38,256 bases of DNA from Macrostomum lignano. Its lineage: Eukaryota. Location: contig NIVC01004682.1 of the NCBI GenBank assembly GCA_002269645.1, positions 1-38,256 of the forward strand. The letters are read 5' to 3'. The position numbers were made by a program, and so were the translations under genes. Positions 1 to 10,936 of the stretch are shown piece by piece. The first letter of the stretch is position 1, and each line of letters begins with the position of its first letter. The notes below the pieces were generated by a model that was not told the origin of the DNA, did no database searches, and was given only the letters and a program-made list of their open reading frames with translations.

Positions 1-30
1 ATATAAGTGGTACAACATCACTGATAACTT

Positions 31-100
31 CGATGAGAGCTAGCCTAGAGCTGAACAGACCAGACTGCTAATGCAGCGACCTAGGTTCGAATCTAAGTAG
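31..100 (+). mobile_element. Possible degenerate tRNA-derived SINE head
   Basis: A-box-like TAGCCTAGAG (41-50), anticodon-loop-like CTGCTAA, B-box GGTTCGAATC (84-93). Stems are imperfect, so not a functional tRNA. Confidence 0.3.
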
Positions 101-165
101 TTTAAAAGTAGTAGTGTAAAATTTTTTATTAAAAGGTTTTATTAAAGGACTAAATAAAAACACTT

Positions 166-2540
166 AGATTACTGCACTCGATAAGCCAAGGATTATTGCT
201 ATTAATAAACCAAGGACTACTGCACTCGATAAACCAAGGACTATTGCTCTTGGCAAACCAAAGATTACTGCACTTGATTAATCAAGGATTATTGCTATTA
301 ATAAACCAAGGATTACGGCACTTGGAAAACCAAGGATTACTGCACTCGATAAACCAAGGACTATTGCTCTTGGCAAACCAAGGATTACTGCACTCAAGAA
401 GCCAAGAATTATTGCACTTGAAAACCAAGGATTAATGCACTCGATAAACCAAGGACTATTGCTCTTGGCAAACCAAGGATTACTGCACTCAAGAAGCCAA
501 GGATTATTGCTATTAATAAACCAAGGATTACTGCACTTGGAAAACCAAGGATTACTGCACTCGATAAACCAAGGACTATTGCTCTTGGCAAACCAAGGAT
601 TACTGCACTCAAGAAGCCAAGGATTATTGCACTTGGAAAACCAAGGATTACTGCACTCGATAAACCAAGGACTATTGCACTTGATAGGCCAAAGATTACT
701 GCGCTTGATAAACCAAGGATTATTGCACTTGATAAACAAGGATTATTGCACTTGATAAGCCAAGGATTACTGCGCTTGATAAACCAAGGATTATTGCACT
801 TGATAAACAAAGGATTATTGCACTTGATAAACAAAGGATTATTGCACTTGATAAACAAAGGATTATTGCACTTGATAAACCAAGGATTATTGCACTTGAT
901 AAGCCAAGGATTATTGCACTTGATAAGCCATGGATTATTGCACTTGATAGTAAAGAATGTTGCACTTGATAAGCCAAGGATTAATGCACTGGATTATTCA
1001 AGGATTATTGATATTAATAAACCAAGGACTACTGCACTCGATAAACCAAGGATTATTGCTCTTAATAAACCAAGGATTACTGCACTTGGAAAACTAAGGA
1101 TTACTGCACTCGATAAACCAAAGACTATTGCACTTGATAAACCAAGGATTATTGCACTTGATAGGCCAAGGATTACTGCACTTGATAAACCAAGGATTAT
1201 TGCACTTGATAAACCAAGGATTATTGCAGTTGATAAGCCAAGGATTATTGCATCTGATAAACCAAAGATTATTGCACTTGATAAACCAAGGATTATTGCA
1301 CTTGATAAACCAAGGATTATTGCACTTGATAGGCCAAAGATTACTGCGCTTGATAAACCAAGGATTATTGCACTTGATAAACCAAGGATTATTGCAGTTG
1401 ATAAGCCAAGGATTATTGCATCTGATAAACCAAGGATTATTGCAGTTGATAAGCCAAGGATTATTGCATCTGATAAACCAAGGATTATTGCACTTGATAA
1501 ACCAAGGATTATTGCACTTGATAAACCAAGGATTATTGCTCTTGGCAAACCAAGGATTACTGCACTCGATAAGCCAAGGATTATTGCTCTTAATAAACCA
1601 AGGATTACTGCACTTGGAAAACTAAGGATTACTGCACTCGATAAACTAAGGATTATTGCTCTTGGCAAACCAAGGATTATTGCACTTGATAGGCCAAGGA
1701 TTACTGCACTTGATAAACCAAGGATTATTGCACTTGATAAACCAAGGATTATTGCACTTGATAAGCCAAGGATTATTGCACTTGATAGGCCAAGGATTAC
1801 TGCGCTTGATAAACCAAGGACTATTGCACTTGATAAACCAAGGATTATTGCAGTTGATAAGCCAAGGATTATTGCACTTGATAAACCAAGGATTATTGCA
1901 CTTGATAAACCAAGGATTATTGCACTTGATAGGCCAAGGATTACTGCACTTGATAAACCAAGGATTATTGCACTTGATAGGCCAAAGATTACTGCGCTTG
2001 ATAAACCAAGGATTATTGCAGTTGATAAGCCAAGGATTATTGCACTTGATAAACCAAGGATTATTTCACTTGATAAACCAAGGATTATTGCACTTGATAA
2101 ACAAATATTGCACTTGATAAACCAAGGATTATTGCACTGATAAGCCAAGGATTACTGCGCTAGATAAACCAAGGATTATTGCACTTGATAAACCAAGGAT
2201 TATTGCACTTAATAAACCAAGGATTATTGCACTTGATAAACCAAGGATTATTGCACTTGATAAACAAAGGATTATTGCACTTGATAAACCAAGGATTATT
2301 GCACTTGATAAGCCAAAGATTACTGCACTTGATAAACCAAGGGTTATTGTACTTGATAAACCAAGGATTATTGCACTTGATTAATCAAGGATTATTGCTA
2401 TTAATAAACCAAGGATTATTGCACTAGCTGAGAAGCTGATTACTGCGCTGTCTAAAAAAGAGATTATTGCGCTCGCTGAGACGTGGATTGTTGCACAACC
2501 TGAGAAAGCGATTATTGCATTAGCGGAAGTAACATTTGCA
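166..2540. repeat. 24-bp minisatellite array, about 90 units (GATAAACCAAGGATTATTGCACTT), degenerating after about 2425
   Basis: Directly visible; produces the DKPRIIAL / INQGLLHL / SSAIILGL repeat ORFs; variant units recur in higher-order order at 190-660; occasional 23-bp units. Confidence 0.97.
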
Positions 2541-2569
2541 CTAGCTACTTGCTGTCTCGTGGATGCTTG

Positions 2570-3170
2570 CTCTCGAGGGGGGATACTTGCTATTTGGGAG
2601 AGGGGGTACTGGCTACATGCATGGGATTCTTTCTATCCAGGGATGCTTGCTATTCAGGGATTCTTGCTATCTGCAGGATGCTTGCTATTTAGGGATTCTT
2701 GCTATCTGCAGGATGCTTGCTATCTGGGTGGATGCTTCTATAATATCTGGGGGGTGCTTGCTATCTGCAGGATGCTTCTATAATATCTGGGGGTGCTTGC
2801 TATCTGGGTGGATGCTTCTATAATATCTGGGGGGTGCTTGCTATCTGCAGGATGCTTCTATAATATCTGGGGGTGCTTGATATCTGCAGGATGCTTGCTA
2901 TCTGCAGAATGCTTCTATAATATCTGGGGGTGCTTGCTATCTGCAGAATGCTTCTATAATATCTGGGGGTGCTTGATATCTGCAGAATGCTTGCTATCTG
3001 AGTGGATGCTTGCTATCTGGGTGGATGCTTCTATAATATCTGGGGGGTGCTTGCTAATCTGCAGATGCTTGCTATCTGTGGTGATTCTTGCTATGAGCAT
3101 TAGAGGATGCTTGCTATCTGCGATTGTTCACTTTTGGAGGGGGTTGCTTGCTGTCTTGGGAATATTTTCT
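2570..3170. repeat. Compound minisatellite of GGATGCTTGCTATCTG(CA) and TGCTTCTATAATATCTGGGGG modules
   Basis: Directly visible 17-24 bp modules in variable order. Confidence 0.9.
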
Positions 3171-3400
3171 ATTTAGTGAAACGATATTTTGTTGACTGTT
3201 TGTTAATTTTAGAGAAAAAGTGATTTTTTAATTTTGCAAACATCTTAGTCCGTGACAATTTTACACGAATAAGGTGATTTTTAAAATGTGAAGAAGGAAT
3301 TAGTGTTTAAGAAAATGTGTTTTTTTATTGTTTTCCATGAACTATTTTTGCTCCTTTCTTATTGGGCGCCCCGAAGGGGGCCGCACTAGATTGCTAGTTT

Positions 3401-3530
3401 GGCTAGACTAGCAATCCATTTTCCTATCTAATGATCGGCTAGACTAGCAATCCATTTTCCTATCCAATAATCGGTCAGACTAGCAATCCACTTTCCTATT
3501 TAATGATTGGCTAGACTAGCAATCCGTTTT
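3401..3530. repeat. 36-bp tandem repeat, about 3.6 copies
   Basis: GGCTAGACTAGCAATCCATTTTCCTATCTAATGATC units; an inverted GATTGCTAGT lies immediately upstream. Confidence 0.9.
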
Positions 3531-3613
3531 TCACTTTCCTCCCCCGCATCTAATAAAACCAAAGCCGCATCTAATAAAACCAAAGCCTCATCAATAGTCA
3601 CGAGCAGCCTCAC

Positions 3614-3869
3614 CAGCCGCAGCGGAGTCTCAGTAGACAAGTCCGGCTGGTCCAGCAGATCTCCAATCAAGGCAAGCATGGTGGCGGGCGGTGGCTGGTC
3701 ATCCTGAGCTGACGCTGGCGATGCTGGCAGGGGCACTGGCACGCCGGTGACCTCCTGCAGGCGGTCGAGCTGCTCAACGCAGATTGGCAGAGGCCGGTCC
3801 AGCCGCAGACAGTAGGCGGCCCGCACGGGACAGCTGCTGTTCTGAGACAGCTGGGAGAAAGTCGGGCTG
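3614..3869 (-). CDS. MED1: MED1 exon ([44 protein letters not shown]...)
   Basis: Lies within ORF 3500..3919; acceptor cccgcAG, donor ctg|GTGAGG. Confidence 0.85.
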
Positions 3870-6800
3870 CTGCGGGAGGGAATAAAGTTACGATTATAAA
3901 TTAGTGAAGCGGTACTCATATTTTATAACTAAAGATGTGAGCAGTGAGTAGCTTACCTGCGATCACCGGGTCCTGTTCGAGTCACAGTCACGATGGGAAT
4001 CACTGGCAGGGTGTAGGCCGCACTGGTGTGAGTCACGCCTACGGTTGCGGTAAGCTCGGAGGGGGGCGAGGCGGGCAGAGACAGCCACTGGAGCCGCTGC
4101 GATGGCTGCTGCTGCTGGCCTGCCAGACGGTACAGCAGAAGGCGCTGCGGCCGGCCTACCAGGAGACCTGATGAGAGGGCCGGAGGGGGAGGGTGGACTG
4201 CGTGCTACTGTAGGAGTCGGCCAGCTTGGGCGTCCCGTATCTGCGTCAAATCTGCGGCAATTTTCAAGGGCTGTCTGGGGCGATTCTCAAGGGCTGCCTG
4301 AGCGATTCCCAAAGGTTGTCTTAGGCGATTCTCAAGGGCTGCCTGGTGCGATTCTCAAGGGCTGCCTGGTGCGATTCTCAAGGGCTGCCTGGTGCGATTC
4401 TCAAGGGCTGCCAGGTGCGATTCTCAAGGGCTGCCTGGGCGATTCCTAAAGGTTGTCTTAGGCGATTCTCAAGGGCTGTCTGAGGGCGATTCTTAAGGGC
4501 TGCCTGAGGGCGATTCTCAAGGGCTGCCTTGGCGATTCTCAAGGGCTGCCTGAGGGCGATTCTCAAGGGCTGCCTGGGAGATTCTCAAGGGCTGCCTGAG
4601 GGCGATTCTCAAGGGCTGTCTGGGGCGATTCTCAAGGCTATGTCTAAAACGATTATCTAGGGGTGTATGGGGCGATTATCTTGGGTGTCCGGGGCGATCT
4701 GCGATTCTTTATGGGAGTAATTTGGGCTGTTTTTCTCGGATTAATTTTCACACGACTCTTGGATAACTCTAATGAGAAAGCCTTATAAAGATGATTAATA
4801 TGAGTGCATAGAAGCTAAACACTTACTGCAACCCTTGTGCAACAGCCTGCCAATTGGGCAAGAATTGATAGAAGCAGAAGACTCAGAATCAGTCACGACT
4901 GTGCACAGACTCTCAATGTCGGTCTCCAGGGACTGCAGCAGCACTGGCAGCTGGCGGCGAAGATTGCTATGAGGATATCGGGGGGGGTTTATTTAAGAGT
5001 TGCTTTAGAAACGCTAACAATAATATTGCTGGCATATCATTACTCTACTGGCAGGCTCAGCTAATCACTCAGCTACTGGCCAGTTGAGCTACTCACTCAG
5101 CTACTCACCCAGCTACTAATTCAGCTACTGGCCAGTTGAGCAACTCACTCAGCTACTCACCCAGCTACTCACTCAGCTACTGGCCAGTTGAGCTACTCAC
5201 TCAGCTACTGACCAGTTGAGCTACTCACTCAGCTACTCACCCAGCTACTCACTCAGCTACTGGCCAGTTGAGCTACTCACTCAGCTACTCACCCAGCTAC
5301 TAATTCAGCTACTGGCCAGTTGAGCAACTCACTCAGCTACTCACCCAGCTACTCACTCAGCTACTGGCCAGTTGAGCTACTCACTCAGCTACTGACCAGT
5401 TGAGCTACTCACTCAGCTACTCACCCAGCTACTCACTCAGCTACTGGCCAGTTGAGCTACTCACTCAGCTACTCACCCAGCTACTAATTCAGCTACTGGC
5501 CAGTTGAGCAACTCACTCAGCTACTCACCCAGCTACTCACTCAGCTACTGGCCAGTTGAGCTACTCACTCAGCTACTGACCAGTTGAGCTACTCACTCAG
5601 CTACTCACCCAGCTACTCACTCAGCTACTGGCCAGTTGAGCAACTCACTCAGCTACTCACCCAGCTACTAATTCAGCTACTGGCCAGTTGAGCAACTCAC
5701 TCAGCTACTCACCCAGCTACTCACTCAGCTACTGGCCAGTTGAGCTACTCACTCAGCTACTGACCAGTTGAGCTACTCACTCAGCTACTCACCCAGCTAC
5801 TCACTCAGCTACTGGCCAGTTGAGCTACTCACTCAGCTACTGACCAGTTGAGCTACTCACTCAGCTACTCACCCAGCTACTCACTCAGCTACTGGCCAGT
5901 TGAGCTACTCACTCAGCTACTGACCAGTTGAGCTACTCACTCAGCTACTCACCCAGCTACTCACTCAGCTACTGGCCAGTTCAGCTACTCACTCAGCTAC
6001 TGGCCAGTTCAGCTACTCACTTAGCTACTGGCCAGTTCAGCTTCTCACTCAGCTACTGGCCAGTTCAGCAACTCACTCAGCTACTCACTCAGCTACTGGC
6101 CAGTTGAGCTACTCACCCAGCTACTCACTCAGCTACTGGCCAGTTGAGCTACTCACTCAGCTACTGACCAGTTGAGCTACTCACTCAGCTACTCACCCAG
6201 CTACTCACTCAGCTACTGGCCAGTTGAGCTACTCACTCAGCTACTCACCCAGCTACTAATTCAGCTACTGGCCAGTTGAGCAACTCACTCAGCTACTCAC
6301 CCAGCTACTCACTCAGCTACTGGCCAGTCCCGTCAGCAGCCCCAGCGGAAGTTCAGATGCTCATATTTTTATGGAGCACTCATTTCAATCCCTTCTACCC
6401 TCACCCTCCCCGCCCTCATCCTCAGCTAGTTTCTCAAGTTAACTATTCCTACTTGATCCGCCAATGGGACAGAAATCCTCTACTAGCGGCAGGGAAGAGT
6501 CCCAGCTTTCCCTGCTAGAATTCCTCACCCTCGACCGCCTGCCTCAGCTCACTGCTATTCTGAACCAAATTTTCCATCCCCTCTGTCGCATCTTCACCGA
6601 TAGAGCAGAGCCGGGGGTGGACACAGACAGGCTCAAACTAGTAATTCATGCACTCCAGCAATTAACCAGGCAATTTGTACTTTTGAGAGAAATAATACTC
6701 ATTTCTATTGCGCTACTCACCCTTCAAACGGTTGATCGCAGAATTCGTTAAGGGAATTCACTTGTCGGGTAAATTCGTCAAAATCGCACGAGTTCAACTT

Positions 6801-7062
6801 GTTGACCAGGTGCGGGCAGGGCTGCAAGGGCAAGTGGGTGGCGCGAGGGTTGTCAGCAAGATTTGCGCTAGCCGATAACAGATGGACGTTGAGACAGTCA
6901 CTCAGGGAGACTGACTCAGACAGACAACCAGTCGGACAGATATTGAGACCCTAGAAAAAAACCTTAGTAGACATTCAGACAGACCAACAGAGGCAGCTAT
7001 TATGGCAGTTATACAGGCAGGCAGACAGACAGAAAGACGGACAGACAGACAGACAGACAGCA

Positions 7063-7103
<41 letters not shown>

Positions 7104-7106
7104 CCA

Positions 7107-7147
<41 letters not shown>

Positions 7148-7222
7148 CCAATACAGACAGACAGACAGACAGACAGACACCAAGACAGACAGACAGACAC
7201 CAATACAGACAGACAGACACCA

Positions 7223-7263
<41 letters not shown>

Positions 7264-7266
7264 CCA

Positions 7267-7299
<33 letters not shown>

Positions 7300-7961
7300 C
7301 AGCGAATACGGGGAGTTTCACAAGGCCTGAATTTCTCATAGCCTAAGTTTCAAGCATCCAGTTTCACAAGACCTGAATTTCTCATAGCCTAAGTTTCAAG
7401 CATCCAGTTTCACAAGGCCTGAATTTCTCATAGCCTAAGTTTTAAGCATCCAGTTTCACAAGGCCTAAAAATCACAGTGTACCCCAGCGAACACCAGAGC
7501 TGTCAGAGATGGGCAGCACAGGCCGCACTCACAATGCATTTATCTCCGGGGCAGACGTCAACCTGGCAGACGGCGCCCTTCAAGCTGTCCAGCACAATCC
7601 GGAAAGCGAAGGCGCCATCAGGCCTGGTGAGGGTGAACTGGGCGCCGATGCCCGGGCTCTCCAATCGAAGCCGCAGCCTCCTGGCCAGCAGGTTCAGCTG
7701 GTGGCTGAGGTACTTGGCGAACAGCCCCGGCTCCAAAGGGGCGTCAGTCAGGCGTTGAACAATGGCGGACAGGTCAATCTCTTTCTTGTCCTCGTGCTTG
7801 AATGGCGGAGGTCAGATAAGGTCAAATAAACGATGCCTGGAATCAATGAAAGTTGAACAATGTACACCCCGTCGCCGACTCACCTGCTGCAGAGGCAATA
7901 AGCAGCTCTCAAGTGTAAAATTTACATCCCTTCGAAATGAAATTCTGTGATGCTTCTCCAT
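3614..7961 (-). CDS. MED1: Mediator of RNA polymerase II transcription subunit 1 (divergent), partial multi-exon gene covering the N-terminal Med1 domain; continues past the left window edge
   Basis: Exons 7961-7884, 7796-7533, 6950-6721, 4966-4827, 4197-3957 and 3869-3614 join through GT-AG introns with matching phases (0,0,2,1,2). Colinear matches to recalled human MED1 motifs: [10 protein letters not shown]~LVSCLETLQK; [22 protein letters not shown]~LESIARQ..VQLDPAGQLCDVKV; [17 protein letters not shown]~SCPELVQQLREKNFDEF; LLQSLETDI~ALQSLEQDL; [20 protein letters not shown]~NASVTIEGTSAVYKLPIAPL; [36 protein letters not shown]~PSFSSITSANSVDLPACFFLKFPQPIPV..LQNCTGIP. Confidence 0.85.
3957..4197 (-). 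CDS. MED1: MED1 exon (...[11 protein letters not shown]...[23 protein letters not shown]...)
   Basis: Acceptor cgcAG (phase 1 in), donor ag|GTAAGC (phase 2 out). Confidence 0.75.
4263..4710. repeat. 22-24 bp minisatellite (GGCGATTCTCAAGGGCTGCCTG) in a MED1 intron
   Basis: About 18-20 visible copies, degenerate at the right end. Confidence 0.95.
4827..4966 (-). CDS. MED1: MED1 exon ([20 protein letters not shown]...[11 protein letters not shown])
   Basis: Acceptor ctcatAG, donor a|GTAAGT; phases fit both neighbours; LQSLE motif. Confidence 0.85.
5043..6326. repeat. Modular minisatellite of CACTCAGCTACT / CACCCAGCTACT / GGCCAGTTGAGCTACT units
   Basis: About 1.3 kb of 12- and 16-bp modules sharing AGCTACT and forming recurring 28- and 52-bp superunits. 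Confidence 0.96.
6721..6950 (-). CDS. MED1: MED1 exon (...[34 protein letters not shown])
   Basis: Acceptor TTTTTTTCTAG, open frame, donor gg|GTGAGT in phase 2. Confidence 0.75.
7015..7300. repeat. (ACAG)n microsatellite interrupted by ACACCAAG/ACACCAAT
   Basis: Directly visible. Confidence 0.97.
7314..7466. repeat. 46-bp tandem repeat, about 3.3 copies
   Basis: AGTTTCACAAGGCCTGAATTTCTCATAGCCTAAGTTTCAAGCATCC starting at 7314, 7360 and 7406. Confidence 0.93.
7533..7796 (-). CDS. MED1: MED1 exon (HEDKKEIDL...[13 protein letters not shown])
   Basis: 264 nt, phase 0/0, acceptor caAG, donor att|GTGAGT; overlaps ORF 7503..7736. Confidence 0.8.
7884..7961 (-). CDS. MED1: MED1 exon ([26 protein letters not shown]); 5' boundary uncertain
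   Basis: Donor cag|GTGAGT at 7883. An ATG at 7961 is preceded by AAG (possible acceptor); a stronger TTTCAG acceptor at 8048 gives an upstream in-frame TGA. Confidence 0.6.
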
Positions 7962-10608
7962 CTTTCAGTGTAGGATGAAAGTTGTTTGCTCCAGATAGCC
8001 AGCAGCAAAAGCTTGGCCAAAGCTCACATCACATGGTTTGAAAATACCTGAAACAGGTTGAAAGCATTAAAAAACATCATATTTCATATTTGATTGACTT
8101 CCAATCTGAATTTTTCATTGTTTTTTCATTATTTTGAGTCTGAATTAATTGGGCTCATTATTGCCCCCATCTGCAACTGTGCTGCCTTCTGTGTTGCAAA
8201 ATAATACAAACAATACTAGAGCAGTTTAAGGGGATGAAAAAGGCTTGTTTTGTCTGTGCATTGCATTTCAGGCCAGTTTTAGAACCCCCTGTCTTTATTG
8301 TCTATCTGACTGGTAAACAATAAAACTCAATCAATACCACAAACTACAAGCCTAAGCAAAAGGTAAAAAAACTTATTAGCTTTTGTTAATAAATATACAT
8401 TCTACAGTATACATTAGTCAAGGAGAGATGTAAATGGCTGAACTAAACAAAGCCAGGTGCTTTGTACAACACAGTGTGCACAATAAGGAACAAAATTCAA
8501 ATGGAGCACCCACTGAAAGGTATTAAAAACATTTTTCAAATATTTGTCATACTTTCAATTTGAAAGTTTCATAAAAAATCTTATGCATGACCACTGAAGA
8601 ATTACATTTATAAAGCTAGTTTTAAAAAATTGGTACAAAAGTTCTTAAAACATTATAGACATACAAACAGACTAACATTGTAAAATTTATATATAGATTT
8701 TGTATCATTTCAATGGTTTTGCTGTACAATAAAAACAAAAATTGTAAATACTTCTAGCAAAAAATTATTATACATAATCAATACATACTTTGTATTAGAT
8801 TAGTAATAAACATATTTGTTATACTAGGCAGCTTTTCCAGATCTATGATAGCAAACTAACAAAAAATATTTAAATATAGCAAATAATTTTAAAAAGTTAA
8901 ATATACAAAACAAAAGTCATATTTTAGTTTTGAAACTTTTTTGAATATTATTCATAATCTTTAATAAATAAAAACATGTTTCAAATAAATTAAGTGCAAC
9001 AAATTTCATTGATTTTTTATTGTATTTTAGCATTTTTTGTATTGGTACAAGTATTTGTACTTGTACTTTTGTAGAGTCAAGCACTTGATCAAGCTTTTAG
9101 TATATTGACAAAACAAGTTTACTTAAAATATTGAAATAGTCAAACAGTGAAAGTATCAAAATTAAGCATTTAAAATGTTTTTTTAACTTGAATCCCTATG
9201 TCTAAATTATTATTATACATATTCTAACATATTCTATATTGGATAGGCTTATTTATACATTTTAACACATTTAACAAATATATTTAAATAGGCCTTAGTC
9301 TAGGCCTAATTTAAATTATTCACTCATTTTCAACAAATACATTTTAACATCTAGGACTTCTCATATTGTAAGACCAAGATGGCCACATATCAAGATAGCC
9401 ACAATATTGAATCTCTATTACATCTACTCTCTTTTTACCATTAATTAGAAACTTAATAGCTATTATTATATTAATTATTATGTAAAATGTTTAATCAGTC
9501 ATATTCATAAATAGTGAAACAAATAATAGATTTGAAACTAATTACCTATAATACAAAAACTTTAATCTTTTCTATGTTTGTGCCAATTTATTCTCTATCA
9601 TTAGAGCCTACATCTATCTGATCTGTCACTATTAGTTTATCAAGAAACCATTGCTAGTGGTAATGGTATATAAAAATGGGATAAATATCTGGCAGCAATG
9701 TTTTTATTTTGTATTAGGCTATATACTTGCTTTATTTAGTGGATAAATATCTATTAGTCAGGTTACAATAAAATGGAAGCCAAAAGGAATGATTAGGCCT
9801 ATTATATAATATAGTTCTATTATATAGGGTGGCCCATATAATGCGCCTGATTTAAAGTAAAACATTAATAACTTTTTATTATTCACAACCAATGTTGACA
9901 AAATTTTAACACAACATTGCAACAAGTATAGCATTAGGCTATATTTGCAAAATTTATGCACACTAAAGTACACTCACATATAGAAAGCATAGTGAATGCA
10001 GCGCATGCTTGCAGCTTGCTTTTTTGAAATTCAACTTAGGACCTCCTTTTATATGTGTATGAGTGCTTGCTTGCATGTGTAAATTTTGCAAATATAATGC
10101 TATACTAAACATGTGGCAACGTTGTAAAATTTTGTCAGCATTGGTTGCAAATGACAAAAGTTATTAATGTTATTAATCAGGCATGTTATATGGGCTACCC
10201 TACAGTATCTATCTTTTTAAGACTTGAAGATCTATACTTAATATAAAATACTATCACTAAGAAATAAGTGAAATATAAAGACCTAGGCTTATAATTATTG
10301 ATTTAAATATTTAAAGCTATGGTAATCTTGGTGTGGCCATCTTGGTCATGACTCATGTGCCATGACCAAGATATATATATAGCCACCTAACTATATATAG
10401 AAGTCTAATATGTAACATGAACTTGTAATTATAATAAACATATTATTGTTCATTAGGCCTATATTATTGTGACTGTCACTTTTTAGACTGTTGCATTGCC
10501 CTTTTGACTAGGCCTATTGTCTTTTTGATTTGTCATCATTTTGTGATTTTGACCTATAGCCACAGAAATAGCCAAGTAAATATCTGGAAGTGTAGCTTGT
10601 CTAACAAA

Positions 10609-10936
10609 TAGTAGGAAAAAAAGTCAACAAAAAACATAAAAAGTAAACTTTGTTTAATTCTAGCCAAAGTGTTTCGTCATACACAAGACATCGTCAAGGC
10701 AAATTCAATCAACCTAAGATCACACCACCAATATATTTAAGCAAAAATCACTGTATAGTCCAGAGGTAGGTCAAAACAGTCCAGTAGAATTAAGAAAGTG
10801 CCAAGTACACAACAAAGTGAAAAAGAGAAAAAATAATAAATAGGCATGGCTCTGCTCTTGTGTTTGATGAAACACGTTGGCTAGAATTAAACAAAGTTTA
10901 CTCTTTATGTTTTTGTTGACGTTTATTTTCCTACTA
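10609..10936. repeat. Inverted repeat with about 80-bp arms and about 165-bp spacer; MITE-like or paired Penelope-like ends
   Basis: 10609-10688 is the imperfect reverse complement of 10855-10936; termini TAGTAGGAAAA...TTTTCCTACTA. Confidence 0.8.

Noticed and set aside
196-2427. Long repeat ORFs (464 aa, 384 aa and others) called as genes
   Set aside because: Overlapping ORFs in several frames on both strands arise automatically from a 24-bp unit; no unique N-terminus or splice context. Kept only as a finding.
4754-4781. 28-nt candidate MED1 micro-exon, and an acceptor at 4252
   Set aside because: That path runs into the wrong frame; the direct 4827-to-4197 join restores phase and MED1 similarity.
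6540-6640. Candidate extra MED1 exon ([10 protein letters not shown]...)
   Set aside because: The 6721 donor joins 4966 in phase with continuous MED1 alignment, so no exon is needed.
2559-7346. ORFs 2559-3176, 4102-4566, 6276-6751 and 6902-7346
   Set aside because: Translations of minisatellite or ACAG repeats, or antisense shadows of MED1 exons.
166-7466. CRISPR-like arrays
   Set aside because: Repeats are head-to-tail with no unique spacers, there are no cas genes, and the context is spliced eukaryotic DNA.
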